From Candidatus Latescibacterota bacterium (lineage in GTDB: Bacteria; Latescibacterota; UBA2968; UBA8231): a DNA stretch of 64,000 nt. The notes under the pieces are model-generated. The model had not been told where the DNA came from. It did not search any database and saw only the letters and a list, made by a program, of their open reading frames with translations. Location of the stretch: positions 6,528,001 through 6,592,000 of the forward strand of contig CBDETY010000003.1 of NCBI GenBank assembly GCA_965243025.1, given 5' to 3'. Positions 56,074-64,000 of this stretch are shown piece after piece (positions within the stretch are counted from its first letter, which is position 1; each line of letters opens with the position of its first letter). The position numbers were made by a program, and so were the translations under genes.

Positions 56074-56690
56074 AGTTTGTATATCCAGTTCGAGCGCAGC
56101 TTCTTCACCCCATCCTTGTGCAGTGTGGCCGTCCTGGTGCCGAGTTCGCTACGCGGGTTCTTGCGGAAGTCGGTTGTGACCACGTTCCCGAGGTAAACCT
56201 CCCTGAACGACATCGCCGCTCGGTCCACGGCAGGTTCCCTCTCGGTATCCACCCCATAGACGAATACGCACATCCACTGCTCCCGCGCCCCGTGGGTGTC
56301 TACGGCGCCGCCCGCCTTCCGGGTAGTCTTGATCTCGATGCCGTCTTCCCCCGCCTTAACGGCATTCCCCGGATATCTTCCCTGCACGATCAGGTCGGGG
56401 TGGCCGTTGAAAAACCGGTTCTCTGTCAAGGTCCTCGAGTGCTTCGCGAGACTGGCAGTAATCATGTCCGACAGGACCCCGGACATGATCGCGGGGCGCA
56501 GCATGTCGTCGAGACGCTGTAGCCCCCTTCCTGCGAGGTGGGAGTTGACGTCGTAGAAGAAGTCGTAGACATCCTGCATCGCCATTTCGAAGTCCTTGAG
56601 ACGCAGCTCGTATGGCAGGGCTGCCTCCGGGTTGAACCTGCTCGAGTCAACTTCGTTTCGTTCGATCGCCACCTCGTTTGCTCCATCCAA
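56070..56690 (-). CDS. Putative Type II restriction endonuclease (PD-(D/E)xK)
   Basis: 'GHPDLI...GIEIKTT'; convergent with MTase, stop codons overlap; start may be GTG 56672. Confidence 0.65.
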   Translation of the reverse strand: MDGANEVAIERNEVDSSRFNPEAALPYELRLKDFEMAMQDVYDFFYDVNSHLAGRGLQRLDDMLRPAIMSGVLSDMITASLAKHSRTLTENRFFNGHPDLIVQGRYPGNAVKAGEDGIEIKTTRKAGGAVDTHGAREQWMCVFVYGVDTEREPAVDRAAMSFREVYLGNVVTTDFRKNPRSELGTRTATLHKDGVKKLRSNWIYKL

Positions 56691-56773
56691 GATATCGTGG
56701 GACCACCTGTCCCTGTTCCATCAATGCAATTGCTGGAAAGGTATTCCAAATCAAGCGCTGTAAACCCAAGATG

Positions 56774-57827
56774 TCACCCCCGACCGTTATCCCTAAACCA
56801 TGGGGAGAGGTTGATCGCCGTATCCTGCAGGGTCTCGCAGTCAATTTGTCCCTCAAGCGCTGCAAGGACTTCAACCAAGTCCTCTTGGTTGGGTTGACCG
56901 AGGGATAACCGGTACCAGAATCGCTGTGTCTGTATCCATTGTAACCAGTGCATCTGCTCACTCGCAGGGACATCAAACACGTAACGTCGAACGCGTCCGT
57001 CCGGAAACACCCACCAGGGTGCCAAGCCGGACTCGTCGGCCAAACGTCCTTCGGCCAAGCGCTGGATTGCCACCCAGGGACTTTCTTCAGTTCTGCGTTC
57101 GCACCGGATGTCTTCTCCCAGCTTACGCACAATCGCTCGCCGGATGGCGAGTCCGCCGTACCGTTGAATCCGGCCTTCCCTCTGCTCGAGGTCAACAGGG
57201 TTTCGGCATAGGTCCCAGTGGACAACTGTGTCACACCAAGCATGGAAGTCGAGTCCTTCTTGACCGACAGATGTCGTCGTGAGCACATAGGGCCAGAATG
57301 GAGTATTGAACGCCTTGCGAAGCTCGTCGGTGCGGATCGGCCGCACGAAACTTTCCGTAGCCCTCGTCTCGTGGGCATAGGCCGCCCGCCCCTCGGCAAA
57401 CGGCATGGCGACATGGCACCGCAATGAAAAGGCATCATCCTTCTTGGCAAGGGGGTGAAGAAAGAAAAGTCCCATCTTGAGGCTCAGCCCATCCCGTAAT
57501 TCCTCCGCCAGCTGCTGTTCACTCAAACTCCGCAGCTGAGACGTGATCCACAGATGTTCGTCCAGGACCGACTCAAGGTTTCCCTCCAGGACCGCTCTGC
57601 GAATCACATCCGGGTACTTTTCCTTCCTGCGGCGCAGTGCCTCAAAGAACCAACGTTGATCTAGGTAGTTACGGAGTCCGCTCCATGCTGCTTCCAAAAC
57701 GTGCTCATAACCGTGTTCACCAACCGCTCCCATCCAGTGGCGATAAAGTGCGCGGCCGACGACGACGCCCGGTGCTGAGAGGGCGTGGCTAACAAGTGAA
57801 TCCAATGCGGAAGGCCGGATGCTCTTG
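56774..57827 (-). pseudogene. SF2 helicase, C-terminal half (split by IS3)
   Basis: 'AFNTPFWPYVLTTTSVGQEGLDFH..VHWDL..NPVDLEQREGRIQRYGG'; rejoins 59088-61073 in frame. Confidence 0.85.
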
Positions 57828-57886
57828 TGGAGTTGACCCGATTTCGTGGACACTTCATTTCTTGAAAGAAAGGAGGGTGTCCAACC

Positions 57887-58201
57887 ATGCCGAAATCCCA
57901 TTCCCCTTATCCGCCCGAATTCCGGCAACAGATGGTGGAACTGGTACGGGCGGGTCGTAGTCCGGAGTCGCTGGCCAAGGAATTCGAGCCGTCCGGGCAG
58001 ACGATCCGCAACTGGGTGATCCAGGCCGAACGCGATGAGGGGGTGCGCCGCGACGGCCCCTCCCGTCCGGAGCAGGAGGAATTGCGGCGCCTTCGCCGTG
58101 AGAACAAGCAACTGCGTATCGAACGGGAGATCCTGGCAAAAGCCACGGCCTGGTTCGCTCGCGAGGCCGACTCGGAGTCCGGCCCGTCTACGAGTTCATG
58201 A
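57887..58201 (+). CDS. IS3 transposase OrfA
   Basis: 'YPPEFRQQMVELVRAGR..LAKEF..TIRNWV..EELRRLRREN..EREILAKA'. Confidence 0.9.
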   Translation: MPKSHSPYPPEFRQQMVELVRAGRSPESLAKEFEPSGQTIRNWVIQAERDEGVRRDGPSRPEQEELRRLRRENKQLRIEREILAKATAWFAREADSESGPSTSS

Positions 58202-59082
58202 GAGCGCACCAGGCCGACTTTCCGGTGCTGACGATGTGCCGCGTGCTGAAGGTCTCCCCCAGCGGCTACTACGCCTGGTTGAAACGCCCGCCTTCGGGTC
58301 GCGCCCGGGCCGATGCCGTGCTCAAGGCACGTGTCGAGCAGATCCACCAACACTCCCGGGGCACTTATGGAGCGCCGAGGATCCGGGCCGAACTGGCCGA
58401 GGAGGGCCAAGCCATCGGTCGCAAGCGCATCGCCCGATTGATGCTTGAGCTCGGGGTGCGCGGGGTATGCGCCCGCCGCCGCCTCTCCACCACCCGTCGC
58501 GGCCGGCAGGGCCGGGTCGCCTCCGACCTGGTCAAGCGGGTGTTTTCGGTCTCCGGCCCGAATCGCCTGTGGGTTGCCGATCTCACCTACATTCCCACGA
58601 GGTCGGGGTTTTTGTATCTGAGCGTGGTCATGGACGCCTGGAGCCGCCGAGTGGTGGGCTGGGCCATGGCGAACCATATGCGTACGCAGTTGGTGCTGGA
58701 CGCCCTTGACATGGCCCTGCACCGGCGCCGTCCCAAGAAAGTGATTCACCACTCCGACCACGGCAGTCAGTATACGGCCCTGGCCTTCGGGAAGCGCTGT
58801 CGCCAGGCCGGGGTACGTCCGTCGATGGGATCGGTCGGTGACTGCTTCGACAATGCTCTGTGCGAAAGCTTTTTCGCCACCTTGGAAAGGGAGCTGCTGG
58901 ATCGTCATCGGTTTGCTACCCAGTCGCAAGCCCAGCGTACGGTTTTCGAATACCTGGAAGGCTGGTACAACCCCCATCGGCGGCACTCGGCCCTGGGACA
59001 ACGATCTCCCATCAACTACGAGAGGTATCATTTATCAAGGGGTATAAATCCAAACGGAAAACTGTCCGTGAAATCGGGGTAA
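58198..59082 (+). CDS. IS3 transposase OrfB (DDE integrase core)
   Basis: 'YGAPRI', 'WVADLTYI', 'HHSDHGSQY', 'DNALCESFF', 'YNPHRRHS'. Confidence 0.95.
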   Translation: MRAHQADFPVLTMCRVLKVSPSGYYAWLKRPPSGRARADAVLKARVEQIHQHSRGTYGAPRIRAELAEEGQAIGRKRIARLMLELGVRGVCARRRLSTTRRGRQGRVASDLVKRVFSVSGPNRLWVADLTYIPTRSGFLYLSVVMDAWSRRVVGWAMANHMRTQLVLDALDMALHRRRPKKVIHHSDHGSQYTALAFGKRCRQAGVRPSMGSVGDCFDNALCESFFATLERELLDRHRFATQSQAQRTVFEYLEGWYNPHRRHSALGQRSPINYERYHLSRGINPNGKLSVKSG

Positions 59083-59087
59083 CCTCA

Positions 59088-61073
59088 CTTGATCTCCATC
59101 TGAGCCTCTTTGTTCCAGTCCGCGAGGAGCTGTGTCAGACCACCATCAGACGTGTCGAATCGGTTCAACTTGCAGTTCATTTCCATCCAGGCTCGCTGCA
59201 CGTACGGCCAATTGCCAGCGCGAGCTTCCAACCGAGCGATAAGCTTCCAAATCGGAAGATTTGGGCTCCTTGATCCGATACCAACGTCAAGGTCGCGGAG
59301 CAACTGGCGCACCTGTTGCCGAAGGTGCCTACGCACACTGGCTCGATTGCGCTCATCTGCAGCCAGGGGCTCTGTTTTTTCTACGAGCAAAGGAGATGGG
59401 TGGAACAATGCTAGCAAAGCATGGCGCCCATCGGTCGCGCGTAGCAGCCGGCGCTTCGTTACATCCGGATAGGCTACCCGCTCGCCACGGAGGTGGCTTG
59501 TCTCCAGATCGTAACTCAGGATCGATGCCACCGCTTGGGGCACTGCGCGGAACCGACTGAATACCAACGCTTTCGAGGGCTGGGTGCCTTCATGTTTCCA
59601 CTTACCGCCCAGCTCCCACCAAGGGTTGGATGGCGTAAGCCAAGGGGTCACCGCGGTATCTGGTGAGAAGAGTTGCTTCATCGCCCGTAGCCGTGGATGG
59701 GGCCACCGCAACGGGCGTTTGTATCGGTTGCGCATTGCTTCGTCCAACCGGGCAACGCCATCAGCCTGCATGTCTATTGCAGCCTTCCAAGCAACGTAGT
59801 GGCTTCCCATCGACTGCATCGGAAGAGGGATCGAAGTCCAGTACGGGACGGCCGAGGAACGGTGGCTATCGCTGAAACATCTGCTCATGTGCTTGAAGAT
59901 TACGAGATCTTCGGCAGTAATGGGTGATTCCAGGGGACGTGTTGTTTCTTCCGCCCGTCCAAGTGGATGCGACGAGCGCTCTGTTCGGACCATGACTTGG
60001 CGGAGCAATTCCTCTGCGCGAAGCCTCGCAGTACGGGCTGCCTCGCTTCCAGGATCACCCCTGCGAAGCTCACTTTCTATAGTAGCGAATGCTTCCTCGC
60101 ATGATCGACGTTTCTTTTTTGCCTTCGAAGTCCCGCCGAAAAGGAATTCGACGAGCTCGAAGAACTCTGCGTGGTGAGAGCTACCCGATGCCTCTTCGAC
60201 ACGCCGCGAGTAGAGCCGGTAGGGTGTTGCGGACAGCAGGAGCAGAGCTGGCGGAGCCTGCGAATCATCTCCACGCAAGCGGCCCATAACCCGTTGTGCC
60301 GCTTCGTCCTGTTCAGAGTCCAAAACGTCTTTGAAACGCTGAAACTCGTCAAAAATAACTAGGTCGGGTTTAAGCTTCTCGATCGCACTTGCGGCAAGTG
60401 CATTTCGAAGGTGGGCAATTAAATCGAGCTCATCGAGCTCAAGGCTACGCACACGGGCATCAGCATGCTCACCCTTTCCCAATCCAAACTCCTGGCGGAC
60501 TGATGTGCGAAAGGCGTTCTGCAGAGCAATGTTTCGTGCAAGCTCGCGTGCGCGTGGGATGTAATAATTCCCCCAGTACTGGCGCGCATTCCGCTTGAAC
60601 ACGCGACGTTTATATGCCTCGAAAAGCCAGGGAAAAGTCCTTTCGACCAAGGCATGAATGAGCGCGCGCTCGTCCTGCCGGCCATCCCGCCTCCTCCCTT
60701 TGCGCATTGGGAACGACGTGTCCGGTGTAAGTGAGAACAGACGGAGTGTCGGATGATCCGGCTCGTCGTCAGAGGTATTTAGCAGCGTCAGTCGATCAAC
60801 ATGGCATGTCGCCTTGTCTCGCTCCTCAAGGGGCAAAACCTCAAGCAGCTTTCTCCGATTCTGGGCAGCAATTGAGAGATTGCTGCAAAGGTAGAAGACG
60901 ACGAAAGGCTTGCTTCGCCGCCGCATCATCCGCCGAATCACCTGCTGGGCGACAATAGTCTTGCCGAGGCCCACCTCGTCGGCGACGAGGAACCGCCGAT
61001 ACCGCCGTCCCGCACGAAAGGCGTGCAACACCGCTTCAACAGTGGCCTCCTGGAAAGGCTTGACAGGCGTCAC
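59088..61073 (-). pseudogene. SF2 helicase, N-terminal ATPase half (truncated by IS3)
   Basis: 'FLVADEVGLGKT', 'VIFDEFQRF', 'LLLSATPY', 'LVFSRF'; stop supplied by IS end. Confidence 0.85.
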
Positions 61074-62887
61074 GGCGTCCGTTCCACAAGCTGGCTTCCT
61101 AGCACGTCCCAGATAGAACGGAACTGCTCAAGAATCTCCCGTTCCTTCTCCGCCTGCCCCTCGAGCTGCTCTTGTTCTAGGAAGTCCAGGTAGCGGTGGA
61201 CCTTGCGGTCCACATCTCCAACTGTAGCGGGGTCGCGTAACCAAGCCTTCAGCACATCCTCCAGCGTGGGCGCCCACCGGTCCGGTGGTCCAGTCGCCAA
61301 CGTCGACGTCTGGTTTAGCTCGGGTTCCTCATTCCAGTCACCGCCCCCGTCCAAGAGAACGTCGCTTGTCAGGATCGAGCGAATCCAGAGCAGGAAACTT
61401 CGAGGATCAAGGTAGCGTGCAAGAGCACGATGATCTCGGTCGGCACTTGGCGGGGGATCCAGGGGGGTACGCTGAAACCAGCGGATACATTTCCCGCCCA
61501 ATCTCACTTCGCAGTGTACCAGCTCTGTAGTCTCGGCAGGGGAAATTGGCGACAGCTGGAGCGAAGTGGCATTCCGAGGCCAAAGGGTCAATGGCTGTGC
61601 GAGAAGGCCCACCCAGAGTTCGGCACTGGGGTCATCTGGATGTGGCAATTTCCTCGCTACGATCAGTGGGCTCTCGTCCATGATCCTCTGGACAGCAGTC
61701 CAGCGTGATGTGACCTCCCGGTGCGCCTTTTCTAGCCGCTCGTCCATATCATCTAGCTCGGGTGGCTTGAGCGATTCTAGATCTGCAATTCGTCCGATCT
61801 CATCAAGAAAACCATGGAGCCCTGCGCCGACATCGCGTCCGACGGAAAGACGCGCCACAATCTCCACGTTCGGTCCACACCATCCGCGCCGTGTGACGTT
61901 TGCGCTACCCAGCCAGAGCGTTCGTCCACCCTGATGTTCTGCGTAGACCAGTTTCGCGTGAAGGCCCCGGGCTTCTGGTTGTTCATCTTCAGAACCCTCG
62001 CTAAGGTCGTCTTCCAGAGGCGTAAAACGATCCATTTCGGGGGAAGGGGCTCCCAAATAGAGCACGTCCCTATAGGTAGAAAGCGGCCGTGAAGATTGAG
62101 CAGTGAGCTTACCCAACTCGGGAAGCGTCGAAACCAACACCCGGTGGGTCTGCTCATTCCCCCAGTGTCCGAAATAGTTCACCATCGAACCATCTAGGAA
62201 CGGGCTCACCACCATAAGCTTCCGGATACCGGAAGGAGCCTCCGGGATCGCTCTCTCACTCTCCAGCAATAGCCGAACGTCCTCCACAGTGCACCCTGTG
62301 GGCATTTCCCATCGGACAGACTGGAGTTGCTTAAATACATAGTTTTTCCGGACGTCCTTCAGGTCCGCTCTAGCCACGAGTTCGCGTCCTAGCTCAGGCA
62401 CGCCGGGGATCAGCCTACCAACGGGTCCCTGATGGCCGACCAAGACCAACCCGACATCCCAGGAAGTGTCCTGTGTGAGGTTTCGGCTTCCGAGCCATAG
62501 TCTCCACTGAACCCCCTTCCCATCCTCGGCAGTCATTCGGATCAATCCGGCTTTCGGATGCCACGAGCCTTCCGTCTCGTTCATCTCCACCTCACGAATG
62601 AATCGGTCAAGGATGCAAAGAATTTTCGGCGTCTTCCCGGATGCTGTGATTCGACCAGCTTGGACCAAGATGCGGATTCGGTCGCGAAGTGTCTCGATTG
62701 CGTTTGCGAAATCCACTTTGCTTCCCGAACCCCGCTCGTCGTCGAGTCCGGCTAGAGAGAGAAGCGACGCCACAACCGTAACGAGGTCAGCCGAGTATGT
62801 TGTCAGGACAGCAAAATCCGTGCGCCAAGCCGGCTCTGGACGAAGGCCATCCAAATAGGGCAGACTTCCCCATTCCTTCTTTTTCAC
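61070..62887 (-). CDS. Phospholipase D-family (HxK) nuclease
   Basis: Two motifs 'WHPK..WLGSRNLT' and 'LHAKLV..WLGSANVT'; GTGA overlaps on both sides. Confidence 0.8.
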   Translation of the reverse strand: MKKKEWGSLPYLDGLRPEPAWRTDFAVLTTYSADLVTVVASLLSLAGLDDERGSGSKVDFANAIETLRDRIRILVQAGRITASGKTPKILCILDRFIREVEMNETEGSWHPKAGLIRMTAEDGKGVQWRLWLGSRNLTQDTSWDVGLVLVGHQGPVGRLIPGVPELGRELVARADLKDVRKNYVFKQLQSVRWEMPTGCTVEDVRLLLESERAIPEAPSGIRKLMVVSPFLDGSMVNYFGHWGNEQTHRVLVSTLPELGKLTAQSSRPLSTYRDVLYLGAPSPEMDRFTPLEDDLSEGSEDEQPEARGLHAKLVYAEHQGGRTLWLGSANVTRRGWCGPNVEIVARLSVGRDVGAGLHGFLDEIGRIADLESLKPPELDDMDERLEKAHREVTSRWTAVQRIMDESPLIVARKLPHPDDPSAELWVGLLAQPLTLWPRNATSLQLSPISPAETTELVHCEVRLGGKCIRWFQRTPLDPPPSADRDHRALARYLDPRSFLLWIRSILTSDVLLDGGGDWNEEPELNQTSTLATGPPDRWAPTLEDVLKAWLRDPATVGDVDRKVHRYLDFLEQEQLEGQAEKEREILEQFRSIWDVLGSQLVERTP

Positions 62888-64000
62888 GGCGCCACCTGTA
62901 GATCCAGCAGCAGGCGTCGCACTTGTCGCCATCGGTAGTGAAGTGGCTCGGCTTTTGGATGTTCCTCGGGCAGCCACTCTTGACGCTTCTCTCGGCCTGC
63001 GATCGAATGGACGAGTCTTGCCCGACGCCCCTTTCGGCGACGTTCGGCTTCCTCATAGATATGGTGGAGCTCCATAAGAATAGGTTTCGGTTGCTTAAGC
63101 CATTCCTGAGTTTCTCGCAGAACAGTCAGGATTCCTTCGTTTATGCCGTTTGGGGCGTCATTTCGCACCGTTGCGACGTCGAGCTTCAGGGCCTCCTCCC
63201 GGTGATCCTCCACGACAGCTCTCAAATATCCGCGGTGCAGATTCTCGGTTGGGTGGCCATCCATCTCCCGCATTTCCTCGACCAGCGCTGCGTAGACACC
63301 ACGTCCCACTGCGGAAAGCGCTGCTACCTGACCCGCATGCCACAGTGCTTTGCGATCTTCCGGCTCGGCCCCGTAGAACACCTTGGGGTCCCACAAATCG
63401 GAGCTGTCCCCGAGCGGAACGTTGACGAGACGCGCGAGAAGGGACGGTGCACCTTCCCCGCCTGGACGATGCACGGTGAGAAGCGTGCTTCGTAAGAAAC
63501 GCGCTTCGTCGTTCCGGAGAGAAAAATCCAATGGCGTACTCGGGTCGTTCCACTCCTTTGGAGGCTTAGGGACTGCTCCGAATACGGAGTCGCTCTCTTC
63601 AAGAAACTGGTGATCGTCATCACGGAACCTGACATCGGAAGTCCGCCGCGCGAAGTGCCGATGTACGCTCGACCGGGCAGGGTACGAGCCGCTTGGAAGA
63701 GACCTCAGAATTCGCCAAGCACGGAGCGCCGTCCAATAGACCATTGAGGCAGGCTGGCTCGTAGGCTTTGGATAGGATCGGCTCCCGATCACCCCATCTA
63801 TACCTGAACGTCTAAGCCGCCCAGCGAGCGCAATCTCTTCCTTAACCAAAGCCGCAGTGATTCGTCGTTCACGCTTCTCAAAAAGCCTGTTATAGAGCCA
63901 CGGTACGAATAGCGCATACCTTAGGCGCGTGTGGAGAACCGAGGTGCCAGGAAAGAACCGATCCGCATAGGCTTGATGGAGTGAAAGAAAGCCTACTTCA
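62884..64000 (-). CDS. DUF6361-like protein (5' end outside window)
   Basis: Frame open to window edge: 'EVGFLSLHQAYADRFFPGTSVLHTRLRYALFVPW', 'GVIG', 'PASMVYWTALRAWRI'. Confidence 0.7.
   Translation of the reverse strand, partial: EVGFLSLHQAYADRFFPGTSVLHTRLRYALFVPWLYNRLFEKRERRITAALVKEEIALAGRLRRSGIDGVIGSRSYPKPTSQPASMVYWTALRAWRILRSLPSGSYPARSSVHRHFARRTSDVRFRDDDHQFLEESDSVFGAVPKPPKEWNDPSTPLDFSLRNDEARFLRSTLLTVHRPGGEGAPSLLARLVNVPLGDSSDLWDPKVFYGAEPEDRKALWHAGQVAALSAVGRGVYAALVEEMREMDGHPTENLHRGYLRAVVEDHREEALKLDVATVRNDAPNGINEGILTVLRETQEWLKQPKPILMELHHIYEEAERRRKGRRARLVHSIAGREKRQEWLPEEHPKAEPLHYRWRQVRRLLLDLQVAP

Larger units (their letters stand above)
57828..59087 (+). mobile_element. IS3-family insertion sequence, 1260 bp, with 4-bp TSD CTTG
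   Basis: Imperfect IRs TGGAGTTGACCCGATTTCGTGGACA / TGTCCGTGAAATCGGGGTAACCTCA; CTTG at 57824-57827 and 59088-59091. Confidence 0.95.

Noticed and set aside
56774-58111. 445-aa ORF as an independent gene
   Set aside because: Its first ~95 codons are antisense IS3 sequence fused to the helicase C-half

Overview
GC-rich bacterial DNA. The secreted proteins ending in FlgD-like/'TAVEExSWxxIK' tails and the DUF6785-type membrane proteins suggest (inference) a Latescibacterota/FCB-related organism. About 1-52.4 kb is a carbohydrate/sugar-acid catabolic region: three DUF6785/6784-like polytopic membrane proteins (two directly behind paralogous secreted CBM9/DOMON-like proteins), uncharacterised GH-like barrels, a sulfatase, a nitrilase-family enzyme, UxuA-like dehydratases, epimerases, an enolase-superfamily enzyme, PhyH, Hyi and an HpcH aldolase. 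Many short pseudogene remnants lie between the intact genes, and three tandem pairs each combine an intact enzyme with a motif-degenerate paralog. About 52.5-64 kb is a defence island: AAA-DUF4143 ATPase, MNT-HEPN pair, a convergent MTase/PD-(D/E)xK endonuclease pair whose promoter carries three GACGTC palindromes, and a DUF6361-PLD-helicase (Azaca-like) operon whose helicase is split by an IS3 element with a 4-bp target duplication. No rRNA, tRNA or CRISPR array was seen. All family calls come from motif recognition by eye, not database searches.
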